From Dehalococcoidia bacterium (GTDB lineage: Bacteria; Chloroflexota; Dehalococcoidia; Plut-88900): 64,000 nt of DNA. The translations under genes were made by a program, and so were the position numbers. The notes beneath the pieces are model-generated. The model worked only from the letters and a program-made list of their open reading frames with translations, made no database searches and was not told the DNA's origin. Where the stretch lies: NCBI GenBank assembly GCA_965197645.1, contig OZ240219.1, positions 1,632,001 to 1,696,000 on the forward strand. Direction: 5' to 3'. Shown in pieces: positions 56,338 to 64,000 of this stretch; positions within the stretch are counted from its first letter, which is position 1; each line of letters starts with the position of its first letter.

Positions 56338-58734
56338 ATGGCAACTCTCCGCACAGACAAGCAGACCATAAAGAGCCCTCATTACAGGAGGGTTCGTGGT
56401 CTGCGTGCGGAAATGAAGACTCAGGGGCACGATAGCGGCCCAGATGTATCGGCGAACGCCATGGCGGTCCTCAAGCGGCGCTACCTCACCAAGGACATCA
56501 AGGGCGTCGTCACCGAGGAGCCGGAGCAGCTTTACCGCCGGGTAGCCGGAAACATCGCCGAGGGGGATGTAGAGTTCGGTGCGTCGATGTCACAGGTGGA
56601 GGCTCTGGCCGAACGTTTCTACCAGATGATGGCCCGCAGAGAGTTCATGCCCAACTCTCCCACGCTGATGAACGCGGGAAGAGAGCTGCAGCAGCTCTCG
56701 GCCTGCTTCGTGCTGCCGGTCCCCGACTCCATGGAAGACATCTTCGAGGCCGCCAAGTACACCGCTATCATCCACAAAAGCGGCGGCGGGACCGGTTTCG
56801 CCTTTTCCAACCTCAGGCCGGAGATGGACAGGGTCGGATCCACCGGCGGCATCGCCAGCGGGCCCGTATCCTTCATCCGCATATTTGATACCGCTACCGA
56901 TGTGGTCAAGCAGGGCGGCACGCGACGGGGCGCCAACATGGCCATCCTGGACGTGACCCACCCCGATATTCTCCGGTTCGTCCATTCCAAAGACGACGAT
57001 AAGTCCCTTCAGAACTTCAACATCTCCGTGGCCGTCACTGAGGACTTCATGGAAGCGGTCGACAAGGGCGGAGACTACGATCTGATCAATCCCCGCACCC
57101 GGGAGACGGTCGACAGCCTGAACGCCACCGAAGTTTTCGAAGAGCTGGTGCAAAGCGCCTGGAAGACTGGTGACCCGGGCATCGTTTTCATGGACCGGAT
57201 GAACGAACCGCACTCCAACCCGGTGCCCAAGCGAGGGCCCATCCAGGCGACCAACCCCTGCGGCGAGCAGCCCCTCTATCCATACGACTCGTGCAACCTG
57301 GGGTCGATCAATCTCGCCGCCTTCGTGGTGGACACAGGTGAGGAGCCAACCCTCGACTGGGACGGGCTGAGGGAGTCCTGCAAGCTCGCCGTCCACTTCC
57401 TGGATAACGTGGTAAGCCAGAACCGGTACCCCATCCCCCAGATAGAAGATACCTCCAAGCGTATACGACGTATCGGACTGGGGGTTATGGGCTGGGCTGA
57501 CCTGCTCATCCAGCTGGGCATCCCGTACGACTCCCAAGAGGCTTTAGACCTGGGCGAACGGGTGATGCAGTTCATAAGCACCGTGGCGACGGACGCATCC
57601 CAGGAACTGGCGGGAGAACGAGGCAGCTTCCCGGACTGGGAAGACTCGGTGTACGGGCCGGATGGCAGCCTGGACAATAGGTCGATGAGGAACTCGACCC
57701 GCACGACCATCGCGCCCACGGGTACCATCAGCATAATCGCCAACTGCTCCAGCGGAATCGAGCCCCTCTTCGCTCTGAGCTACGCAAGACACGTCATGGA
57801 CGGCACGCGGCTGGTCGAGGTCAACCCCTATTTCGAGTCGGTTGCCAAGCGGGAAGGGTTCTACAGCCCCAGCCTGATGGAAGAGCTGGCGGAGCGGGGC
57901 AGCATCCGGGGCGTCGAAGAAGTACCCGAGTGGGTGCAGGAGATCTTCGTTACGTCCCACGATATCGAACCGGAATGGCACGTGAAGATGCAAGCCGCTT
58001 TCCAGAGGCATACGGACAACGCCGTATCCAAGACGGTGAACTTCCCCCACGACGCCACGGAAGACGACGTACGAGAAGTCTACATGCTAGCGTACCGGGA
58101 AGGCTGTAAAGGCGTCACCATCTACCGGGACGGGAGCAAGAGCGAGCAGGTGCTCAATATTGGTCATACGGAAAAGGTCAACGGCGACCAGCCAGCCTCG
58201 GAAGCTCAGAACGGGCCGGTGCCGCGCAAACGACCGCAAGTGGTGCACGGGGTGACTGAGAAGGTGCACACCGGACACGGCAACATGTACGTGACCATAA
58301 ACTTCGATGAGGAAAAGAGACCCTTTGAGCTGTTTGCCAATTTAGGCAAGGCCGGAGGATGTGACTCGGCCCAGTTGGAGGCTATCACGAGGCTGATATC
58401 GCTGAGTCTTCGGGCCGGCATAGACCCGAACCAGATCATCGATCACATGCGCGGCATAACCTGTTGCCCGGTGTTCAACGGCGGAGGCGAGATGGTCAGG
58501 TCCAGCCCCGACGGAGTTGCCCTGGTCCTGAGCCGGCATAGCCGGGAGAGCGAGTTCGGCGCAGGATTTGGAAATCAGACCTTGGTTGCCCAGCCCAGCC
58601 TTTTCGAGCATGTCGAGGCAAAAACCAATGGGAAAAGCGAGTTCTTGGGTCGTTGCAAAGAGTGCAACAGCACGCTGGTCTACCAGGAAGGTTGCGTAAT
58701 GTGCCCGGGTTGCGGGTACAACAAATGTGGGTAA
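56338..58734 (+). CDS. nrdJ: Class II (adenosylcobalamin-dependent) ribonucleotide reductase
   Basis: PNSPTLMNAG, QLSACFV, RRGANM, TNPCGEQPL, IAPTGTIS, C-terminal TSCPD-like domain and Zn ribbon; start uncertain. Confidence 0.93.
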   Translation: MATLRTDKQTIKSPHYRRVRGLRAEMKTQGHDSGPDVSANAMAVLKRRYLTKDIKGVVTEEPEQLYRRVAGNIAEGDVEFGASMSQVEALAERFYQMMARREFMPNSPTLMNAGRELQQLSACFVLPVPDSMEDIFEAAKYTAIIHKSGGGTGFAFSNLRPEMDRVGSTGGIASGPVSFIRIFDTATDVVKQGGTRRGANMAILDVTHPDILRFVHSKDDDKSLQNFNISVAVTEDFMEAVDKGGDYDLINPRTRETVDSLNATEVFEELVQSAWKTGDPGIVFMDRMNEPHSNPVPKRGPIQATNPCGEQPLYPYDSCNLGSINLAAFVVDTGEEPTLDWDGLRESCKLAVHFLDNVVSQNRYPIPQIEDTSKRIRRIGLGVMGWADLLIQLGIPYDSQEALDLGERVMQFISTVATDASQELAGERGSFPDWEDSVYGPDGSLDNRSMRNSTRTTIAPTGTISIIANCSSGIEPLFALSYARHVMDGTRLVEVNPYFESVAKREGFYSPSLMEELAERGSIRGVEEVPEWVQEIFVTSHDIEPEWHVKMQAAFQRHTDNAVSKTVNFPHDATEDDVREVYMLAYREGCKGVTIYRDGSKSEQVLNIGHTEKVNGDQPASEAQNGPVPRKRPQVVHGVTEKVHTGHGNMYVTINFDEEKRPFELFANLGKAGGCDSAQLEAITRLISLSLRAGIDPNQIIDHMRGITCCPVFNGGGEMVRSSPDGVALVLSRHSRESEFGAGFGNQTLVAQPSLFEHVEAKTNGKSEFLGRCKECNSTLVYQEGCVMCPGCGYNKCG

Positions 58735-58752
58735 ATATGAAAAACTGCCTGA

Positions 58753-58933
58753 CGGCTCGTCTAGGCGAGCCGCCTTAACAAATTTGTAAGTAACCGGGGA
58801 GGGTTCCACCCCGGAACCGTCCCGAGCTACTCGGGCGCCTCCCCGCTTACTTGACCCCGTGCGCTGCTCCTCCCAGCGCACGTCTCCTCGGGCACCCTAG
58901 GGCGCCACCTCCCCCCAGGGTGCCCACCCTTTT
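58753..58933 (+). other. Multi-hairpin structured element (candidate ncRNA or structured 3' UTR with terminator)
   Basis: Four consecutive helical domains including a three-way junction; see findings. Confidence 0.5.
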
Positions 58934-59096
58934 GTCCGGGATTACCTGGATAGCCCCCCTCAGGTTACTGAACGAGTGAACTACCTAGATAGCCCGGTGA
59001 TAGGCTGGTATAATCTACTACTGCCTTCTTCATCGCACAAGGGGGCCTTGTTCGCACAGGGCTTTAGCACGGGTCTATAACCCCAAGGAGACGTAG

Positions 59097-59897
59097 ATTA
59101 AAGTATCGTTCATTGGCGGCGGCCTTATGGCCGAAGCCATCATCAAAGGAGTCCTGGACAGTCGGATAGCGCAGGCCAACGAGATCGTCGCCAGTGACCC
59201 CGACACTTCTCGCCGGGACCTTCTCTCGAGTAGGTACGGAGTCGAAGCCACCACCAGCAACACCGAGGCGTTAAGCTCAGGAGAGATCACGGTGCTGGCG
59301 GTTAAACCCCAGACCCTATCCCAGGTCTTTTCTGACCTGGAGGGCCAGTCAAATGACGGCAGGGTGGTCCTGTCCATAGCCGCCGGGGTGAAGCTGGATA
59401 CCATCAGGAGCGGGCTGCGACACGACCTCCTGGTTCGGGCTATGCCCAACACTCCCGCCAGGATAGGCCGCGGCATCACGATGTGGACCGCTACCGAAGG
59501 GGTCGATTCCCGGGGCAAGGAGGCCTGTTCCGCGGTGCTTCGAGCCCTGGGCGAAGAGGTATACGTAGACGACGAAAAGTACCTTGACATGGCCACCGCT
59601 CTGAGCGGCAGCGGCCCGGCCTACGTCTTTACGTTTATCGAGGCGTTGATAGACGCCGGCGTCCACATGGGCCTGGCACGAGAGATCTCACAAAAGCTGG
59701 TCCTGGAAACGGTGCTTGGCTCGGCTGCTCTGGTCAAGGAGATGGACGCTCATCCCGCGGTGCTGAGAAATATGGTCACCTCGCCGGGGGGTACAACCGC
59801 CGAGGCCTTACTGGCGTTGGAAGAAGGCGGCCTTAGAAACACCTTGATGCAGGCTGTACTGGCCGCGTATCGGAAGTCCCAGGGCCTAGGTAGGTAA
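59097..59897 (+). CDS. proC: Pyrroline-5-carboxylate reductase (probable ATT start)
   Basis: KVSFIGGGLMAEAI, LAVKPQ, RAMPNTP, LSGSGPAY, VTSPGGTT. Confidence 0.95.
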   Translation: MKVSFIGGGLMAEAIIKGVLDSRIAQANEIVASDPDTSRRDLLSSRYGVEATTSNTEALSSGEITVLAVKPQTLSQVFSDLEGQSNDGRVVLSIAAGVKLDTIRSGLRHDLLVRAMPNTPARIGRGITMWTATEGVDSRGKEACSAVLRALGEEVYVDDEKYLDMATALSGSGPAYVFTFIEALIDAGVHMGLAREISQKLVLETVLGSAALVKEMDAHPAVLRNMVTSPGGTTAEALLALEEGGLRNTLMQAVLAAYRKSQGLGR

Positions 59898-59899
59898 TC

Positions 59900-60160
59900 T
59901 TGATAGTACAGATAATATCAATACTAATTCAACTCCTATCTTGGGCGATCATCGCCAGGATAGTCCTGGCCTGGCTCCCCGGCACCTTCCCGCCAGACGG
60001 ACAGATTATGCGGTTCCTGTTCAGTATCACGGAGCCGATCCTGGCCCCGATTCGAAGGTTGGTGCACAAAGGCGGCGGCGCCTTCGATCTGAGCCCGATG
60101 ATCGCCATCGTCCTGCTGTTTGTCATATCCCTGATGCTGGGCGGTGGCGGCCTCTTCTAG
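59900..60160 (+). CDS. yggT: YggT family membrane protein
   Basis: ITEPILAPIRR, FDLSPMIA; follows proC. Confidence 0.9.
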   Translation: MIVQIISILIQLLSWAIIARIVLAWLPGTFPPDGQIMRFLFSITEPILAPIRRLVHKGGGAFDLSPMIAIVLLFVISLMLGGGGLF

Positions 60161-60277
60161 CTTTCAGGCAACCCGGCCCGCGAGTCAGCTCCTGCGCAGG
60201 CCTCCGAAGGGTTGACAACCGGCGGCCCGATTCATTAGCTTCTTTCTTAGTTTTGCCGCTGTTCAGGGGGAGCGTGG

Positions 60278-61144
60278 ATGCCCAGAGTCGCCGTTGTAAC
60301 CGATAGCACGGCGTGCATTCCCAGGAATCTGGTTGAGCAGTACGGCATAGGGATCGTGCCTGTTACCTTCCTGTTCGGCGATACCACCTACATCGATGAT
60401 CCCGACACGGACATCCAGGAGTTCTACCATCGATTGCGGACCGAGAAGACCGTCCCCACCACCTCCCCCGCGTCGCCTGGAGCGTACCTGGAGGCGTATG
60501 AAAAACTGAGGTGCCAGTGTGAGGCCATACTCTGCGTAACGGTGGCATCGCGGGTGAGCGGTATGTACCAGGCGGCCCGCATAGCCAAGGACATGGCGGC
60601 GGATACACTTCCGGATACCTGCATCGAAGTGCTGGACTCGGAGACTGCGTCAATGGCCCAGGGGTTCATGGTACTTGCCGCCGCTCGGGCGGCCGCGGAA
60701 GGCAAATCGGTGCGCGAGGTCATGGCCGCTGCCAGAGCGGTGCAGTCCCAAGTGGAGCTGGTGGCGGTGGTCGACACCCTGGACTACCTGGCGAAGAGCG
60801 GACGGATCCCGAAGGCAGGGGCGTGGGCCGGGTCTCTCGTAGGGCTGAAGCCGGTCCTCTCCATAAAAGATGGCAGGATCAGGCTCAAGTCTGCATCACG
60901 GAGCATGCAGAAGGCGGCGGCGGGGATGGTGAAGAGCCTCGGAGAACGCTCAGATGGCAAAGGAGGCCTGCGTGTCTCGGTGATCCATGCCGACGTCCCG
61001 GACCTGGCTGAGCAGTTGCAGCAGAGGGTGGTACAGAAGGTGGACTGCGCCGAGATTCTCGTGGCTCGGTTCAGTCCTGTGATGGGGCTGTATACGGGGC
61101 CAGGTGTGCTGGGCCTTGTCTACTATAACGAACGGCGGAACTGA
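60278..61144 (+). CDS. DegV family fatty-acid-binding protein
   Basis: VVTDST, PTTSPASP, DSETAS, LDYLAKSGRI, GPG. Confidence 0.93.
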   Translation: MPRVAVVTDSTACIPRNLVEQYGIGIVPVTFLFGDTTYIDDPDTDIQEFYHRLRTEKTVPTTSPASPGAYLEAYEKLRCQCEAILCVTVASRVSGMYQAARIAKDMAADTLPDTCIEVLDSETASMAQGFMVLAAARAAAEGKSVREVMAAARAVQSQVELVAVVDTLDYLAKSGRIPKAGAWAGSLVGLKPVLSIKDGRIRLKSASRSMQKAAAGMVKSLGERSDGKGGLRVSVIHADVPDLAEQLQQRVVQKVDCAEILVARFSPVMGLYTGPGVLGLVYYNERRN

Positions 61145-61168
61145 GGATAGGGGCGGCATCTCACTCTT

Positions 61169-61858
61169 ATGCTGAAGGCACTTTTTCTCATAGTGGCCTA
61201 TCTCTACGGCTCGCTGCCCGTGGTGGAGTATCTGGCTAAACGCGAGGGGATAGACCTGCGCGAAGTGGGCACAGGGAAGGTCGGTTCAGGCAATCTGTGG
61301 CAGACTACCGGCGCCATGAACGGAATGATAGGAGGGCTGGCAGACCTCTCCAAGGGTGCGTTGCCCTTCATAGTAGCCAGGATGCTGGGGTTCGGGTCGA
61401 TGGTGGCCGGCCTGGCGTCGGTGGCCGGGCTGGCGGGCCAGATGTGGCCGCCGGGCCGAAGCTCCGGCGGCGGACGAGGCAACAGCGCGGCCCTTGGACT
61501 GGCCCTGGTGCTGAGCCCTCGAGCCTTCCTCATGTCCATTACACCCATGCTGGCGGGAGGCGCCATCTGGAGTCTGCCGGTGGTTTCTCAACGTCACCTA
61601 CCCTGGAAAAAGCGGATGCAGTTTCGAAGGTCCATGAGTCAGGCCATTCCCCTGGGCATGATCGCCGGCTGGGCCGGCCTGCCCCTCTTTGCCTGGATGC
61701 TTCGAGAGCCGCGCCCGGTAGTAAAGGCGTGCTTTATCGCATCCCTACTTCTGCTCATTCGGAGGGCTACGGGCGGACTGGAAGACGACCTTGGTTCCGG
61801 TGAGGGCCTGAGAACCCGGATGCTAAATCGGGTGCTGTACGATCGGCCCAACCGATAA
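61169..61858 (+). CDS. plsY: Glycerol-3-phosphate acyltransferase PlsY-like protein
   Basis: AYLYGSLP, DLREVGTGKVGSGN, DLSKG, GQMWP..GGRG. Confidence 0.78.
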   Translation: MLKALFLIVAYLYGSLPVVEYLAKREGIDLREVGTGKVGSGNLWQTTGAMNGMIGGLADLSKGALPFIVARMLGFGSMVAGLASVAGLAGQMWPPGRSSGGGRGNSAALGLALVLSPRAFLMSITPMLAGGAIWSLPVVSQRHLPWKKRMQFRRSMSQAIPLGMIAGWAGLPLFAWMLREPRPVVKACFIASLLLLIRRATGGLEDDLGSGEGLRTRMLNRVLYDRPNR

Positions 61859-61919
61859 TGGGCCCGTCAGTCCGCTTTGCGCAAACCGGCGCCTGCGCCT
61901 ATAATTGACGTAGGCGCCG

Positions 61920-62510
61920 ATGAAGCAAGAAACGGAAATCCGGCGAGATGTAGAGCTCCTCCGGTCAAGCCTTCCGGATCTTCCAGAACCCGTAGCCGAA
62001 CCCTTCCTCATACTCGTCTGCGGCCTTCCGGGGACAGGTAAGTCCTGGATAAGTCGCAGACTGGCCGAAAGATTGCGCCTCGCTGTGCTGGAAGCGGATG
62101 CGCTGAGAAAGACTCTGTATCCTACGCCCGCGTACACAGCTGACGAGAACGGACATCTCTTCATGGCGACGCATTTTCTGATCGAAGAGCTGCTGGCCGG
62201 TAGGATTTCGGTGCTGCTGGATGCCACAAACCTGATCGAGCGGAACAGACAGTACCTGTACAGCATCGCCGGTAAGGTCAATGCGAAGCTGGCAATCGTC
62301 CGGACCACGGCGCCGAGGGACGTAGTGAGGCAGAGGCTGAGGGACCGGAGCGAAGACCCGCTCAACCGCAACGCATCCGACGCCGATTGGGAAGTGTATC
62401 GGAAGATGAGCGCGAGAATGGACCCCATACGCTGGAACCATTTCGTCGCCGATACGTCAAAAGATGTAACCGGGACCATCGAAAAGGTGGTGCAGGAGGT
62501 CGATCGATGA
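61920..62510 (+). CDS. P-loop kinase (AAA_33-like)
   Basis: GLPGTGKS, LDATN, SDADW. Confidence 0.82.
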   Translation: MKQETEIRRDVELLRSSLPDLPEPVAEPFLILVCGLPGTGKSWISRRLAERLRLAVLEADALRKTLYPTPAYTADENGHLFMATHFLIEELLAGRISVLLDATNLIERNRQYLYSIAGKVNAKLAIVRTTAPRDVVRQRLRDRSEDPLNRNASDADWEVYRKMSARMDPIRWNHFVADTSKDVTGTIEKVVQEVDR

Positions 62511-62538
62511 TCTCGAGACTAGTAGAGAGGAATGTCAA

Positions 62539-64000
62539 ATGGACATAACGGTCATGGCAGGCGATATTGCCCAGGCCGAGGTCGATGCCGCCATAGTCAA
62601 CCTGTTCCAGGGCGTCACCAGCCCCGGCGGCGCTACGGGAGCGGTGGATAAGGCCCTGGACGGGGCCATAAGCTCTCTCATCGAGGATGGGGAGCTGACC
62701 GGCAAGAAGAACGAGATGGTACTCATCCACACCCTGGGGAAGATCAAACCCAAGCGGATCCTGGTTGCCGGCCTCGGGAAGCGGGACGAGTTCGATCAGG
62801 AGACCGTTCGCCAGGTGATGGCCGTCGGTGGTCGCTACCTGAAGGGCAAAGGGGTCCGGAAAGTGGCCACCATAGTTCACGGCGCCGGTATCGCCGGCCT
62901 GGACTCTACCCTTGCCACCCAGGCTATGACAGAGGGAGTTCTTCTCGGGCTCTACCGGTTTGACCGGTACAAAAGCAGCAACGACAAGAAGGCGATCGAA
63001 GAGCTTCAGATCATAGAGATCGATGATTCCAAGGTACCGGCCTTGAAGGAGGGCAGCGCTAAAGGCAAGGTCTTGGCCGAGGCGGTAATGCTGGCCCGGG
63101 ACATGGCGAACGAGCCGGCCAACAACATGACCCCTACCCATATGGCAAGCATCGCTAAACAGGTGGCCGGCCAGGTGGGGCTGGAAGTTGAGATCCTGGA
63201 ACAGCCCCAGATGGAAGAGTTGGAGATGGGCGCCTTGTTGGGAGTGGCCAAAGGGACCAGCCAACCTCCTCGATTCATCGTGCTCCGGTATGTGGGCAAT
63301 GAAGATGCTCCTTCCCAGAACGTCGGGCTCCTTGGCAAGGGAGTGACCTTCGATTCCGGTGGAATCTCCCTGAAGCCGGCGTCCAACATGGGTGAGATGA
63401 AGGGCGATATGGCCGGTGGAGCGGCCGTCATCGGTGCCATGAGGGCTATCGGGCAGCTGAAGCCTAAGATCAACGTTACCGCTTTGGTCCCCGCCTCGGA
63501 GAACCTGCCCGGCGGCAATGCGCAGAAGCCGGGAGACGTGGTCAGGGCGATGAATGGTAAGACCATCGAGATAGAAAATACCGATGCCGAAGGCCGTCTG
63601 CTCTTGGCCGATGCTTTGAGCTACGGGAGGAAGAATGGGATCTCCCCGATGATAGACGTGGCCACCCTGACTGGCGCCATCGTAACGGCCCTAGGCGGGG
63701 TCTGCGTCGGCGCCTTCAGCAACAACCAGACCGAGGTAGACCGGGTCTTGAAGGCCGGCGAAAAGGCTGGGGAGAAGATCTGGCAGCTTCCTATCTTCGA
63801 TGAGTACCGAGAGCAGAACAAGAGCGACGTGGCCGATATCAAGAACACCGGGGGAAGGCCCGCCGGCTCCATTACCGCCGCCCTGTTCCTGAACGAGTTC
63901 AGCGAGGATACTCCCTGGGTCCACCTGGACATAGCCGGCGTGGACATCGCACGGAAGCAAACCGGGTATCTGGTGAAGGGGGCCACCGGCATTCCCGTAC
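62539..64000 (+). CDS. pepA: Leucyl aminopeptidase (M17), 3' end truncated by window
   Basis: Manual translation from ATG 62539: MDITVMAGDIAQ..., GKGVTFDSGGISLKP, MKGDMAG, NTDAEGRL, DVATLTGA, WVHLDIAG. Confidence 0.95.
   Translation, partial: MDITVMAGDIAQAEVDAAIVNLFQGVTSPGGATGAVDKALDGAISSLIEDGELTGKKNEMVLIHTLGKIKPKRILVAGLGKRDEFDQETVRQVMAVGGRYLKGKGVRKVATIVHGAGIAGLDSTLATQAMTEGVLLGLYRFDRYKSSNDKKAIEELQIIEIDDSKVPALKEGSAKGKVLAEAVMLARDMANEPANNMTPTHMASIAKQVAGQVGLEVEILEQPQMEELEMGALLGVAKGTSQPPRFIVLRYVGNEDAPSQNVGLLGKGVTFDSGGISLKPASNMGEMKGDMAGGAAVIGAMRAIGQLKPKINVTALVPASENLPGGNAQKPGDVVRAMNGKTIEIENTDAEGRLLLADALSYGRKNGISPMIDVATLTGAIVTALGGVCVGAFSNNQTEVDRVLKAGEKAGEKIWQLPIFDEYREQNKSDVADIKNTGGRPAGSITAALFLNEFSEDTPWVHLDIAGVDIARKQTGYLVKGATGIPV

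Overview
Mostly core-genome window (about 60% GC) from what looks like a Chloroflexota bacterium of the Dehalococcoidia/SAR202 type. This is inferred from gene content and order: mraZ-rsmH-ftsA-ftsZ with no mur/pbp genes, rpsO-pnp-dapB-asd-dapA, nrdR-nrdJ, and luciferase-like monooxygenase and amidohydrolase paralogue types. It holds the tRNA-Tyr/tRNA-Thr-tuf-rpmG-secE-nusG-rplKAJL block, rpsA-clpC-radA-larC, purA, uvrC, xerD, recJ, fabF, mtaB, trmD, tRNA-His/tRNA-Arg, proC-yggT, degV-plsY and a truncated pepA. No transposase, prophage or CRISPR array was seen. The most unusual items are: (1) a CcdA whose canonical N-terminal Cys helix sits at the C-terminus (circular permutation); (2) a membrane-anchored HExxH metallopeptidase with eight 33/35-aa WVxDGI repeats, absent from the ORF track; (3) an HpnR-like cobalamin radical SAM gene directly upstream of a lone fabF; (4) a highly structured RNA-like element with C-rich anti-SD loops after nrdJ, with a similar one after ftsZ; (5) proC apparently starting at ATT. 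All functional calls come from motif recognition by eye; no searches were run.
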